This document shows positions 38,834 through 53,194 of a DNA stretch of 64,000 bases, one piece after another. Each line of letters starts with the position of its first letter. The first letter of the stretch is position 1. The DNA is from Octopus vulgaris (Eukaryota): positions 103,168,001 to 103,232,000 of the forward strand of contig OX597818.1 of the NCBI GenBank assembly GCA_951406725.2. The letters run 5' to 3'. The translations under genes and the position numbers were made by a program. The notes under the pieces were generated by a model, which did not search any database, had not been told where the DNA came from, and saw nothing but the letters and a program-made list of their open reading frames with translations.

Positions 38834-41800
38834 CATCTATCTATATATATATAAAATGAAATAATAAGAGTAGAAATTGATATTGATCAATTAAAACCAG
38901 TGGCTTAGTATATTTTAAAAATCCTAAGATTAAAAATTGTGTGACGTACAAAAATTTCCCCCGAAACGTTGTGTTAACAACAAACAAGTTGAGGACTAAT
39001 GTAAATGATGTAAATAAATACATTCTTTAGTCAACTATATTTGAATATGCTTATACTAGGATCTTTACATTGCTATTTGATTCCATACAATTTATTAGGT
39101 GATGGAATATTCATGAAAAGCAAAAGTTTTCCAGGATACAGCCAACTATGGCTACTGTTGTCCAAGAGACGTTGTGGAAAAATGCGATGCTGTTGATTTA
39201 GATTTTAACAAATCTGTAAAAGAAGAGACTGTTGTTTTTGTAAAGGGAACAGTGCATTTGAGACGTGTGAAAGCTACTAAATTAGAACCACATTTGATTA
39301 GGCTAAAATTCAATGCCGGCATATATTCCATTTATCATCCTGTATACAGCAGTTACTTTCATGTAACACTCTCCACTCATCTTTTATTTTTCGTGCGTGG
39401 ACAAAGGTAGTTTCGATAAGATTCGTGAACGTTTAAAATATTAACGAAGACACAGCTTGCTAGATGTCAACGTTGCTCAAATAACCTCCAATCAATGTAA
39501 CTTAGGGTCTTACAAACCACGACAGCTTATATACATACATTTACTCACAATTCGTTCCTTACAGCATGCGAAAGAATTCTCTGTCACTTAGTGTCTATGC
39601 GATGTAAGTACTTATCTGAACAAATCTATTTAATGAAGATTTATCCATTTTCATTCTTACTGTAGCAAATTTATGCGCCTCACGTAAGTAACATGCCAAA
39701 TGACCTACTGTTAATACTAAAATGTGAGGTTTTAATTCTTCAAATCTTCACTGAATCTTTTGTATTGAATATATGAATTCTTCTATATTTCTTGAACTCT
39801 CATTTCTCCTGTAACATCAGTACTATAGTTAATATTAGTTTCCATTTTGTATTACTATTCTTTTACATATTACCTAATAAACGACTGTAGAACAGTCAAG
39901 TGTATAGACTATACGTGGATAAATGCAGAAATACATTTTAACATATGTTTAGTAAATTCAGTATGTAGTTACTGTACCTCAAATACCGTTTGGTGTTTTA
40001 TTTACAACAACACTATTTGAACACTGAACATTTGTTTGTTCCATTTCTGTTTGATGTGCACACAACTGTTAGGCAACTGGGAACTTTCGCCTTTGCTATG
40101 TCGAAACTTGTTGCGCTTGTGAAGACGTATGGGATAAAAGATAATGTTGTTGATATGTTTGAGCTGGGAAATCTGTGAAATACGTATATTTTGAATAGGA
40201 AACTTTCAAAACGGGTGATCAATGGTCACCCTTTCACAGAAGTATTTGATTTGCGGTATATTTATATACATATAACCTCAAGTTTGCTATTCTGCGTATG
40301 TTTATGTGTGTGTGTGTATACTGATGCATACTCAGAAGCTGAGTATCCCGTTGTTGCCTGGTAATTTTCACAATAGAATCCCTTGGAAGGCTTTCGGAAT
40401 AGCACACCCACATCAGTTGTATTTTCTTTATGTTCATAGGGATTTTTTCAAATTCACTTTTCTACCACACCCTTGCAAATGATAGAAGAAAGCTTTTTAT
40501 GAAAAAAATTTGAAACTTTATTAATAGCACCTCCCCCACCTTGTTCCGGACGGATTTCGTTCATTTTTATCGTTGCACATACATGATCAAACCATTCTTC
40601 CTATTTAAAGATCGTAATGTTTAGTTTCATCGAAAATCAGCGCCTGTTCCTCGGAGTTCGTTTCAAAATGTTTATTTTGTGGATCATAAGCAACATAAGT
40701 CTCATGAATAGAAGAACTAGTGCTACGATTAGGGTGTATAAAGTGTGTGAAATTAATATAAACTAGTGACACCATTACAGGGAACCCGAAACTCAATACA
40801 CATTAAAAATGGTGGCATAAGTATCTTAAAGATACCGAGCAGATTTTCACTCAATTTGCATGGCATAAATCAAAGCGATCGATATCCAAAGCTTGCCTTA
40901 TGCGAATATTCTATTTAAAAAGACAAATGTTTAATACGTGTTTAATGGGAAGGACATTAGGAGAAGCTCCATTAAACCGTGACTTAATAAATATGATAAA
41001 CGCTGGTGAATAAAAAGGAATAAGAATATAAACGAAGTTATAGATTTCAGATTTATTTGTCGTTGAATGAATATTTCGATCATCAGCCAATGAAATATTC
41101 AAAAACGGTGATCAGGCATGTAAATTCATTTTCTGTTTTATCGTCTAATATTATAGGAATTAAGAGGAAACAATCGAATTTCTTCGGCATGTATTATATA
41201 AAAGAATTGTATTTTATCATATAAATAATAACACTTCTAAAATTTACATAACTGTATTTTTAACATATGCACCAACAATAACTAATCTAAATAAATGTGC
41301 ACCAGATTTGTTGTAGTTCTAATATTTGAAGTTAATAGCTTTCAAAAATCGATATGCTTTAAAGAAAATTGCTGCCCTAAAGTTCATCGTTGCGTATGTA
41401 AAGATTAGGGAGTAACGGTTTAATGTACTACATCTAGGCTGATTAGTGTTAAGGGAGGTTAATTATTTACAGACAACTTATCCATTTTATTCCTAATTTC
41501 TATCAATTTTTCCTTGGTCTATCTCGTGTTACAATAATTAGAAGCAAGAAATCCTCAGCGCATATTTAAACTAGATAAATCCCTCTCTTTATCTTTGCGG
41601 AACTTGCTACATTAAGATTCAATAGTGTCACAGAAACCGCGTTGGAATTAATATCACTGTTATGAGAACAATAAATATTTATTTATTCAATGCACTGGTA
41701 AGATAAATAATGCTAATTGCTTAGCCTTTCGTGATTATAACTCCCGTTTAGATGTTGAAAGCCTAATTTTCGAACCTAAAGAAGAGAGTTTCATGGACTT

Positions 41801-42100
41801 ACAACCAAAAAGCAAGAGAAAAATCAGATACGTGAAATACCAACAATAAATGATGAGTTTCGAAGAATTATTGAGTCATACACACATACGGACATACAGA
41901 CTACATTATGATATTGATAATTATTATTAGGTAAAGGCTATAGAGTTGTTATTCTGTGTTTCAGGCTTCCGGATATACATACTAGTAAAGAAACAACACT
42001 GAGTTACATTGCGCAACCTAAATGCATGAACATAATACAATAGATTTGTTGTTAGCATCCGGAAGTAACATTAGTACAAAGTTGCATTCCATACATAATA

Positions 42101-42672
42101 CTGGGTTGTCCGGAAAGTTCGTGCCGATTTATAGTAGCTTACACTTCGACTTATTTTAGAACATGATTGAGTCCATAAAATAGAATTTGATTAGTTCCAT
42201 TTAGAGCACAGTTTAAGCTACATTTTCGTGGAATTAATTTTATGGTCTTCTAAACTTTGTTAATTCTGTAACCCTTTAAAATGGAAGATAAGAAAGTTCA
42301 TTTTCGGCACTTGATGCTTTGGGAAACAGACAAAAATTGCTGCAGCTCGGCTGGGATGTGTTACCCCACCCTCACCATCCATATTCACCAGATATTGCTC
42401 CTTCGGATTTCCCCTTATTCAGGTCTCTGCAGAATAGTCTTAATGGTAAAAATCTCAATTTCATGGATGACGTAAAAAGATACCTTGATGAATTCTTTGC
42501 CATGAAACCACCTCAATTATGGGAAGAGGGTATTTTCAAGTTTTAAAGAAATATGGAGACGCATTGTGCAACAAATTGGTTCATATTTGGTTGATTAAAA
42601 ATGTAATGGCAAGTATTTACTGGCCTTTTTTCTTTCCTTTAAAAACCGGTACGAACTTACAGGACAACCCCA
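42101..42672 (+). mobile_element. Internally deleted mariner with both TIRs
   Basis: TA-ctgggttgtccggaaagttcgtgccgattt...aaaccggtacgaacttacaggacaacccca-TA; MEDKKVHFRHLMLWE fused to QKLLQLGWDVLPHP..YSPDIAPSDF.LFRSLQN. Confidence 0.93.
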
Positions 42673-43414
42673 TACTTAACGTAAACATAGTGTAGCAAGC
42701 CACTCGAGACAGTATCTTGTATAGACTTATAGGGATAGAAATCAATGAATCATGAGTGGCAGACGAAAAGTGCTCGCAAGAAGCGGTGGAATGGCTAAAC
42801 TGAGATACAGTAAGTATCCATTACCAAACGCAGGCTTTGAGAAATTTAGCTTCTGTTGTCTCCAAATTAGAATCAGCAAAACCATACCGTTGCTAGTAGA
42901 TATTTGCTATTAATGACGCTCAAAGACGCAGAAGTCTACATTTATTATATTTACCGCCGCTGCTGCAGGATATTTTTCATCTACTATTGATACACGTCTG
43001 TATTTCTTTTCAGCATACCTCTATACGAAGCGCCGTCGCGATACGAATATTGCAGTTTTGTGGTTTTCAACATTATATATGAAATACAGAAGCCTATCAT
43101 TAATAATGGAGCAGAAATTTATAATTACTTAGACGACATAATATCTTTATAGGTTGTAAGGATAATTTTCTCAATTTAGACATAATTGAGTAATGTAGAT
43201 TCAATAAAATATCCTAATTTTTTATATTAAATAGTTCATTGCTCTCCATATATGGAATATGTTATGAATTATGAAGGGGTTTGTTAAAATATATCAATAT
43301 TTGGATATTTCTGCTGCTCAATATGTAAATAAATCCACAAGAAAGAGGTTTAGTATGCGTTTGATCTTATTTGCATTTATGGATATTTATGTTGATATTA
43401 TTATGCCCACCGAG

Positions 43415-44050
43415 AAGGCGGTGCGCTGCCAGGCCGGATGAAATGCTTGGCGGTATATCGTCTGCCGAACTCGTCTGAGTTCAAATTCCGCCGAGGTCGA
43501 TTTTGCCTTTTATCCTTTCGGGGTCGATTAAATAAGTACCAGTTACGTACTGCATTTCATTCTTTCTGGGTCGATTAAATAAGTACCAGTTACGCACTGG
43601 GATCGATATAATCGACTTAATCTGTTTGTCTGGCCTTGTTTGTCCTCTCTGTGTTTAGCCCCTTGTGGGTAGTAAAGAAATAGGTATTTCGTCTGCCGCT
43701 ACGTTCTGAGTTCAAATTCCGCCGATGTCGACTTTGCCTTTCATCATTTCGGGGTTGATGACAGAAGAACCAGTTACGCACTGGGGTCGATGTAACCAAC
43801 TAGCCACCTTCCTCCAAAAACTATCAAGGCCTTGTTTCTAGATTAGAAATAATTATGTACACCAAGACGGCGAGCTGGCAGAATCGTTAGAACGCCGAGC
43901 AAAAAAGGTTTAACAGCATTTAGTCCGTATTTCCGATTTGAGTTAAAATTGTACCGAGGTCGACTGTGCCTTTCATCCTTTCAAAGTCGATAAATTAAGT
44001 AACATACGTGCACTCGTATTACTAGCCTTATACTAAAGTTTGAAACCAAT
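43415..44050 (+). mobile_element. Cluster of SINE group C units
   Basis: Repeated gttcaaattccgccga.gtcgactttgcctt domains with both tail types. Confidence 0.85.
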
Positions 44051-44062
44051 ATTATTATTATA

Positions 44063-45212
44063 GGAGGTTGGCAACTAAGTTCCCGCCGTTCTGTTTTTTA
44101 AATTTAAATTGTTTTAAAGGTTTAATAAAAATAACAACTAATTAATCAATAATGTATTCACCATTGTTGTTTCAAACTTCTTCCCAACGTTCAACAGGAT
44201 TTCCAATGCCTTGTTGGTAGAAATAACCCGATTTCGACTCGAAAAATTGATCCAACCAAGTTCTTAATTCTGCGTCAGTATTGAACGAAACTCCGCTCAT
44301 AGCATTTGAAAGAGATCGAAAAAGATGGAAATTCGTTGGTGCCAAATCAGGAGAGTACGGCGGTTGTGGCAGCACTTTCCAATCATGCGTTTGAATGGCT
44401 TCCTTTGTTATATTGGCGATATGAGGGCGGGCGTTGCTGTGCAGCAGAAGGACTCCATGCTACCGATTAGGTCTTTTCTCTTGAATAGCCGTGTTGAGTT
44501 GTTCCATCTGTTGAACATAGAGTTCCACGTTGACCATTTGGTTCCGTTCAAGCAATTTGTAATGGATAATGCCTTCCCAGTCCCACCATACGCTTGTGTC
44601 CATGAGTTGAGCGTTGACGAGCAAGCAAACCAGAGGAGATATTGTCTCATTGATTTCTTTTGTTGTTGTCACTTAAAGCATGCGGAACCCATGCTCCATA
44701 CTTCTGAACCTTTCCCATCGAGTGAAGATATTTCTCTATAGTAGTGTGGGAGCATTCCATTTTGTCTGCCAGTTTCGTTGTCGTTTGACGAGAATTTTCG
44801 TGCAAAGTTGGTTTAATCGCCCTTCATCGAACTAAACTGGACGGCCGAAACGAGGTGCGTATTTGCAGTGACAGTTTCCATTTTTGTACTTGGCATACCA
44901 ATCAGGAGCGGTTCTTTCAGCTATGGCACTTCTTCCATACACAGCACAAATGTCGCGAACAGCTTTTGCGGCCTTAGAACTTTGATTAAAAGCAAAAAGA
45001 AGGGGGTGTAGAAATTGCTCGTTTTTCTTAACTTGACATTCCATTTGTCTGAAAATAAACAAAAATTAACTAAATTAAATAGAAAACAAAAACAAAATAG
45101 ATTCCAAAATGATTCAAAAGTAGAATTCTCGAAAAAAATAGATTCCAAAATTTAAAAACGCAATAAATTCCGAAATTTAAACAAAACGGAGGGGACCTAG
45201 TTGCCAACTTAA
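44063..45212 (-). mobile_element. Near full-length mariner with frameshifted transposase
   Basis: TIRs gttggcaacta at both ends with TA flanks; MECQVKKNEQF..AVRDICAVYG..PRFGRP, WWDWEGIIHY, PPYSPDLAPTNFHLFRSL. Confidence 0.93.
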
Positions 45213-45224
45213 TATATACTGCTT

Positions 45225-45540
45225 AAATTCTACCGTGGTCACCTCTGACTTTCATTGTTTTTTGTATCGAAAAAGTAAGTACCAGTTGAACACTGGATTC
45301 GATGCAGTCGTACTGCCTCTTTCGTCAAATTTGGTGGCCTTCTACCGAAATTATGCGTGCAAGAAAATGGTGTGAATCGGAATAATGTTTCGAAATGTTA
45401 GATAAAATGCTTTACTTTATATGTTTTGTCATTTCCCGTTTTGAGTTCCAAACTCCGCTGAGGCTGACTTTTCTTTCACCCTTCCAAAGCCGATAGATTA
45501 AAATACTTGTCAAGTATTTCTGTGCCTAAATTTAAAACAG
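45225..45540 (+). mobile_element. Old SINE group C-related copies
   Basis: Diverged aaattctaccgtggtcacc..aagtaccagttgaacactgg and gagttccaaactccgctgagg. Confidence 0.6.
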
Positions 45541-46834
45541 ATTATTTACGCTGAAAATCTTTTACTCCTTCACCTGAATTGTTTGTGGGTTGAATTTAAT
45601 GCGAAATAATTTTCTTGACCCAAACGTCACCAATACCGGTGACGATGTATTGATCGGATTAACCCACTTTGTTTTACTTTCGACAGAACTCGTGCATTGA
45701 TAGGCTGTTCGTCTTGCAAAGTATGGATGTTCATACAATGGATATTCTAGGAAGTATTTCGTCTATCTATCCAAAAAATTACAATATATTGAATATATTA
45801 ATATTTAAGTACTTAGTTATCACACTAAACTAGTCCTTTAGTATTCCTAACGGTGACTCAATGAACATAAATATTAATTCCGACTAAACACTAATAATTA
45901 ATATCATTAGTAATTGCATATGCAGCTTATCGTAATTATTTAACCATACTGCACATTATTATTGCAAACATAGGAATGTAAGTGATTAATATAAGAATAC
46001 ATTATGTGCAGAACAGGACTAATTTTTTTTTTAATGGAATTAGAAGAAAGGAAATATTTTACGATACAACCATACAATCATTTGTGTTGCTTCAAAATGT
46101 ACTGAGATTTTCCTGAAGCGCATACATTATCGGTTCCCTGTATACCTTAGATATCACAAATAATTTAATAGAAATAACGTTAAGGTGAACTATAGTTGTA
46201 CCAAGAAATTCTCTGCATTCATATCTAGTGAAAATAGAAAGGTTTCCCATATGAACAAATAGAACAATTCTCCACTTTGTGATTGCAATTGCAATATCTG
46301 CTTCTCAACGACACGTGCCTTTCTGAAGAATTAATTCATCGAATTACATTTACACTGAATGTAAAAAGCAATACAGGACTGCTTATATTCTTTTGAAAAT
46401 ATCCTTGCAATATATTTATGAATTCACATACGATAAAAGACGTCTCGTTATCTTTTTATCTAAATATTCGTGGAGACTAAAAGATGATGGCACGAAGAAT
46501 TAAAACCCATTTATTAATTAAACAAATGGAGTACTTCTACACTAATATCTCCAAGAATTGTGACATTTTTTCTAATTACTTGGAGATAGTTTTTACAATA
46601 ACTTCTACAATTATAAACTACAGCCAGGAAACTGAGGATGCTCGCAAGAATTTCCATAAATGATTACTGAAAACGTTATAACTACCAACTTCTGCAACTG
46701 TTTACCACATAATTTCATAGCCTGAAAATAATTCATATAATGAAAACTAACAAAACAATCTCCCGGTTATCAACAGCAAAAGTGATTTAATAATCGCTAC
46801 CTTCATTTCTTCTATGTATTCTATGATATTCGGC

Positions 46835-47090
46835 ACGAGTGTGAGTGGCAAGAAATTTGTTTCCCAACCAAATTGTTCTGGGTTCAGTCACACTGCACGA
46901 CACCTGGGAAAGGATACTCTACTATAAGCTCTGTCTGGCCAAGGTCATGTGTGTGGATTTGATAGACAGAAACTAAGAAGCATCCACCCTGTTATTATAT
47001 ACTCAGCTGGAAAGATGAATTGTACCTGCTTTTCAAATGGTCAGCCACATCACACTCAATGTTATGCTGAATCTCCCTGAAACATATTAA
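46835..47090 (+). mobile_element. Degraded SINE fragments (group B head plus CORE-type 3' part)
   Basis: cccaaccaaattgttctgggttcagtc..gatagacagaaact; cactcaatgttatgctgaatctccctga resembles the 22800 region. Confidence 0.55.
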
Positions 47091-47172
47091 GCAAAAACAT
47101 CTTTTTAATGTGTTTATATAAAGAAATTTAAATGTACCTAATTTTAAAAAAAGCAGCATTTTCGTTCTTCTT

Positions 47173-47208
<36 letters not shown>

Positions 47209-47251
47209 TCATACATATATGTATATATATATATACATTCATACATATATG

Positions 47252-47286
<35 letters not shown>

Positions 47287-48221
47287 ACAACTGTTGTATT
47301 AGTATTTTATTTATATTCTCACAACATAGTGGTTCAGCAAATGTACATGTTTAACAACTAAATACTGGAGTTGGTTGGTTCGACTAGAAACTTTTCTGAA
47401 TATTTATTGGTAGCCAATCAGATCTCTACAACAAATCCTATTTGGACCTTTGCAAATATATTTGCGTACGTATTAGCATCTTCATTCCTTTGTTTGATGG
47501 TGTTAATAAACGGTAGCGTGAAAATCGTTCAATCTATTTAAGAAGCGTGAACTTTGAATTCTATATATAGAATTTACTTTGTGTACTGCCTGTATTTCCT
47601 TTGGTTGTAAATTGAAAAATACACACTGAAATATAATCACACACACACATCACGTACATAATATGACGTACAGATTGAGAGACCGCCCTTACACACAGAC
47701 TTATACATACCACACAAACATGTATATGCAAATACATATATGGAATGAGAGAGAGAGAGAGAGAGAGAGAAAGAACGGAAAGAAAGAAAAAAAGTGAAGC
47801 CGGTAATCACTAGATTTATCAGAGTGAGTATTTTAGCGTTAAAGCTAAATGCATGCAACAAACAGTTATATACATTCATTAGAAGAATGTGCATGGTCCT
47901 CTCTGACCAAATTCGGAATACTCTGGAAACAAATCAATTTAAAGAGCAATTAGGAAATTTAATAAGTAAAGTTCAATTAATCTTGTTTATCTGAAATTCA
48001 AATGGGGGTCAAATCAGAATTTTTAATCTGTCTCTATTATATTAATTTATAACTTACGAGTTGCTTTTACATGTATAATTGCATCATAAAATTGAGCATC
48101 ATTTTATAGTTTCTGCTATGTATATTGACTGTTTTGCAGCTTCTAATGTAAATATATGGTGTGGAGATAAACCTAACATTGCTTTATGTTTACTGTCTGC
48201 TTTCCGATTCTCAAATAATGC

Positions 48222-48945
48222 TGGTTTCAAATTTTGACACAAGGCCAGCTACAGTTTAAGTATATATAGGACTTATTTTATCGAGCCAAAGGGATAAAGT
48301 GAACAAGACGACCTCAGCGGAATTTGAACTCGGAAAATAATGCGGGAGGAAATGACGTTAAGTAATTTGCCCAGCGTGCTAACAAATCTTTTCTACTCTA
48401 GGCACAAGGCCTGAAATTTTTAGGGAGGAGAAGTCGATTAGATCGGTCCAGTACGCAACTGGTCCTTAATTTATCGCTCCTGAAAGGAGGAAATGCATAA
48501 TCGACATCAGCGTTAAGACAGACGAAATACCTATTTCTTTACTGCCCTCTAGGGGCTACACACAGAGGGGACAGACAAGGACAGAAAAACAGATTAAGTC
48601 GATTATATCGACCCTAGTACGTAACTGGTACTTACTTAATCGACCCCGAAAGGATGAAAGGCAAAGTTGAGCTCGGCGGAATTTGAACTTAGAACGTAGC
48701 GGCAGATGAAATATCTATTTCTTTACTACCCACATGGGACTAAACACAGAGAGGACAAACAAGGACAGACAAAAGGATTAAGTCGATAACATCGACCCCA
48801 GGACATAACTGGTACTTATTTAATCGACCCCGAAAGGATGAAAGGCAAAGTCGACGTCGGTGGAGTTTGAACTCAACGTAGCGGCAGACGAAATACGGCT
48901 ACGCATTTCACCCGGCGTGCCAACGTTTCTGTCAGTTCGCTAGCT
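48222..48945 (-). mobile_element. SINE group C multimer plus older copies
   Basis: Two well-preserved units (48530-48942) continuing into alternative-tail units. Confidence 0.88.
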
Positions 48946-50414
48946 TTTTTATGCATAGAAAATTACAAATATAATTTACTCAGACATGTCTACATAGGTG
49001 TCTCATAACTCGTTTGCAGCTTTATGGTAATGTACTAAGTTAAAGTACATCCTAGTACGGCTTGGTGCGTTGCTTTCTTTGTCAAAAACACAAGTATTTT
49101 ATATGATGAGTATAGTAAAAATATATCTAATTGCAGTACGGTCTCTTACATTATTTCTGACAGATTGAAGAACACACAGCATGAACCACCGTAGTATGTT
49201 TCTGTCTTATTGTTGTCTGAACCACAGATATTTTATTATATACATTTCAATTTGCTGACAATAACATCGATAAACAAAATTGATAATAGAAAATTCCACC
49301 AGCTTACTCTACGAGATTTATTTATTTATTTATTCGAGAAAAGCACGCAAATGAACAATAAGTTTCGTTTATTTATACTTAGCAAAATGATATATGTATA
49401 TTTCTTTGCATAAAATTGTTGTTGTGTTTGTTTTAACACACGGCGTTGTTTTGAAATCGCTTATATTTTCTTTCAGGTCTCAGGAATCAAACACTTTTGT
49501 TAGTAGTGGACAGGTTATGTCAATATGAAACACTTAGCTGCTCCCACGGAATGCTTTTGTGTAATATTGCTATTGGCAATTCCTGTTTTGAACATACTCG
49601 CTAACCTTGTCATTTCCTTGAAAATTATGCTAGTCGTAAGTCAAAATACAATCTTCTATTCAAACAAGTCGTAGTCATTCGCTTTAACCTCATTTATCTT
49701 AACTCTTTAAATATGGAGACAAATGGTTCTGCGATAGGTCATATAAAAAAGTGGTTATTTGTTTTCATTATATACACTATTTTTGAACTTTTGCCTGAAA
49801 GTTATAGTTTTATTTTTAGCCACAATTCAAGAGAATTCGTTTTCACAAATATCTACATTATCGATCAGGTGTCCACCTGTCATTTTGTGTATCACTGAAA
49901 GTGGCCTTGGCTACTCAAGAAAGCTTATCCAAATAAAACAGTGTCTCTATAGGGTTAAATGTCAACTCTAGAAAGGTTTCAAACTGTCAGCTTTAGTGAA
50001 ATTAATCAGAAATTAATCTACAGATATTTATTTTCTGCCAAAAAGAAGAGTACTAACAATATAATCTTATGGCATAAATATGTGTTCATGCAGCTTAAAA
50101 ATACTACTTTTTAGAACAACAAAAATCAGTTTGCGGACATCAACAATTCGGAAGTTTGAGAAATGCGCTCGTTTCAATATTTATTAAGCAATATAGTACG
50201 TAATTGAAATAATGCGATTGTTCTTGGAAATTGTACCAATCATTTAGAAGAATTATATTCTTTGATTTTATAAAATATATTTAAAGATATAACAAATGAG
50301 ATAATGTATTAACTCAGCTGCAGTAATAATATAAATATAGGTGTAACATGCCAAGAGCTGATGTACAGAAAAAAATCTATGTAAAAATTCTCGTTGTTCA
50401 AATTTCCCTTATTC

Positions 50415-50701
50415 TTTGTTCCTTCCCAAGCCACGCCTGGCTCATAAGGGTCGGCTTCCAGGTTTCCTTGGCGTATAGGTTCGCCTCGGCCCGTCGCAGG
50501 TGAGCTGCAAGATGCAGGAGGAAAGAGTGAGAGAAAGTTGTGGTGAAAGAGTCAGTAGGAGTTCGCCATTACCTTTTGCTGGCGCTGCGTGGAACTTAGG
50601 TATTAAGTTCATAAACACACACACTGCCCGGTCTGAGATTCGAACCCGCGATCCGTCAACCGCGAGTCCGCTGTTCTTACCACTAGGCTACGTGCCTCCA
50701 C
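50415..50701 (-). mobile_element. tRNA-derived SINE, same family as 21628-21928
   Basis: Reverse-complement match. Confidence 0.9.
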
Positions 50702-51571
50702 AATGTTCCTCATAGTGACAGAAAATAAACCCTTACTGTTTATATTAAGAGAATTACAGCAAACACTATATATAACTAAAAAAATTTACCCGCTCAGAGA
50801 AGAATCAAAAATGTGATATAGTAAGACGCAAATTATTATGGACGTTAACAGCTATGATCGAATGCATAGCAGTCAGGAAAATTGTCGTGTAACTTATTTG
50901 ACTATATTTATGATTTTAACCCAAGCATTATTTCCTTATCTAAATTTATCACTATGCAAACTACGTCTGACAACATTGTAATATCTAATTATAAATGAAA
51001 ATTTCCACAAAGCAATCTTTAATAAACTATGCTATGCTGATGAAGTCAAATAAGAGTGAAATATTATCGTGACTATCCACTTTTCAATATTCACATTTTC
51101 CACAAATAAATTGTTAAATTTATCGTGATTTCGAAAACCTTCCCTTTTTCTGAGACAATATCTTACAGTTATAAGTATTGACACATACTCTTTCTCAAAT
51201 CGTGAAAGGAATTTCAGCCAATTGAGAAGCTTGATTAAACAGTTCATTAATATGTTGAATAAAAACCATGATTAACTGCACCGCCATTATTTTCTTTCAC
51301 CCAATGCTAGTAATCTTTCAACACTCTCTCGTACGTGTATACATATACACATATACATAGCTACAGAGAAGTAGAGAGACGTTACTTATTCGGTGACAAC
51401 CTACACTAAACAGTTATATTTTTAACTACGAATATATAAATCCATGAGCATGCGTTGTTAGGGTGGTGTTTGTATTTAACTGAGATTTCTGTTGAGTGAA
51501 CAAGTCTTTAACCAAAGACGTTCCAAACACGTTCGTCTCAATTTATTTTCTGACACCACAATATACGACGA

Positions 51572-51830
51572 GTGGCAGCGCGTGTCTTAGTGGTTAGTGT
51601 ATCAGCATCATGATCGTAAGATTGTGGTTTCGATTCTTGGACCAGGCGACGCGTTGTGTGCTTGAGCAAAACACTTCATTTCACGTTGCTCCAGTCCACT
51701 CAGCTGGCAAAAATGAGTAACGCTGCGATGGACTGGCGTCCCGTCCATCTGGTGACCACATACGCCATAGACACCGGGAAACCGGGCCTATGAGCCTGGC
51801 TAGATTTTAAAAGGGAGCATTTATTTATTT
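51572..51830 (+). mobile_element. SINE group A
   Basis: Full length; 14-bp TSD acaatata(c/t)gacga (51558-51571 / 51831-51844). Confidence 0.93.
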
Positions 51831-53194
51831 ACAATATATGACGAACTTTGCGGCTGTTAAGACGTTAAGTCAAATGTACAAGTAAATCTAGTGTGAAGTG
51901 AGTGTGTATGTATAGTGCAGGCTGCGTCTTTTAGCATCTCAAAATGCTTCACGTGCGTGGCTTACGTCTTTGCTATTTCATGTTCTTCATATTTCTCGGT
52001 CCTTTCTAATCGAACACGCACTTAGTCACAGGCGTTGAAAAGCGTTTAAAAATATGTAGGTCTACACTCCGCTATCTGACAAGGTGATCACATGGCCTCT
52101 ATTTCGGACTGCAGTGTGTGATTCAGGGAATTTATCTCTTGTTTCATACAGGTACATAGACCATGTAGAAATAATCTCAGTAGCACGTTACGTTCAATAT
52201 TTAGAAAGCATATGTGTGTATTTATGAGAAAGTTCCTTTCGGTGATTTAACGGATGTTCTATCTTGCTGTTACACATACAACTGAACTCGTACATTAACA
52301 CCAATTTAAATTTATGAGAATATATGTTCTCAAGCATCATGGCGTTATCTATAAATGCTCTTCTATCTATAAAGGTCTACATTTATTTACGTGTCAATAT
52401 CCTGTCGGATTAATAGTTGAAATATTGATGCTCGTAATCTCGTTCTACATTATGCTCATGACCGAGACACTTAAATATCTATCTCGACGTAAATAATTCT
52501 GTTACTGTTGTTGTTGTTGTTTTTGTTGCTGATAGTTGTTCTTTATTGTTGTTGATTAGCTCCAAATCAACACTGACAGAACTCACCTATAATAAAAAGC
52601 AATTTCGTATACCATCCAATATTTATATTTGTGCAATATCATCTAATAGCTAACTGATAGCACATTACCCAAGAAAGAATGTGATTTTAATCATTTAATG
52701 GGAATAAGGTATGGGTGAAGGAAGATCCCATTCCTGTGCGACTATACAAAGGATATTCCTTTCGGCAAATGCACACTTCGTTGTTGTTAATCTACATTTT
52801 TGACCCCCAAGTCAGCCTTAAATCGATTTGACTCACATTCAAAGGGATTCAACCGTGATATATATTTTATATTACGTAGTGCCCCTGGTTCGTGGTGTAA
52901 ATGAATTTGACTACAAAACGAAAGTGTTGTAGCTGTTGTCGTGTACCAAAGTTTCTAATCTAGATAATAAAACTGCGGTTGAATGACAACGCCAACATTA
53001 CAGTAATTGTTAAATCCATTTCTCGGTAGGTGAGTTTCGGAGGAAATATAATCTAAATACTTACGTTCTACTTCCGGTATCAAATACATTTCAGAGGTTC
53101 AGACAAAAGCATTTACAAGTAACTGACGTTACATAGTAACATACTTAGATACACATACACACACGCTCACACACTTTTATATATATATATATAT

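Noticed and set aside
39174-39410. 78-aa ORF with vague hemopexin-like wording
   Set aside because: No convincing motif, ATG start or splice structure.
39977-41130. Cluster of exon-like segments on the minus strand
   Set aside because: Acceptor/donor-like signals exist, but the frames I checked contain stops and no protein family is recognisable.
42752-42775. Histone H2A/H4 N-terminus (MSGR..)
   Set aside because: Similarity is limited to four residues.
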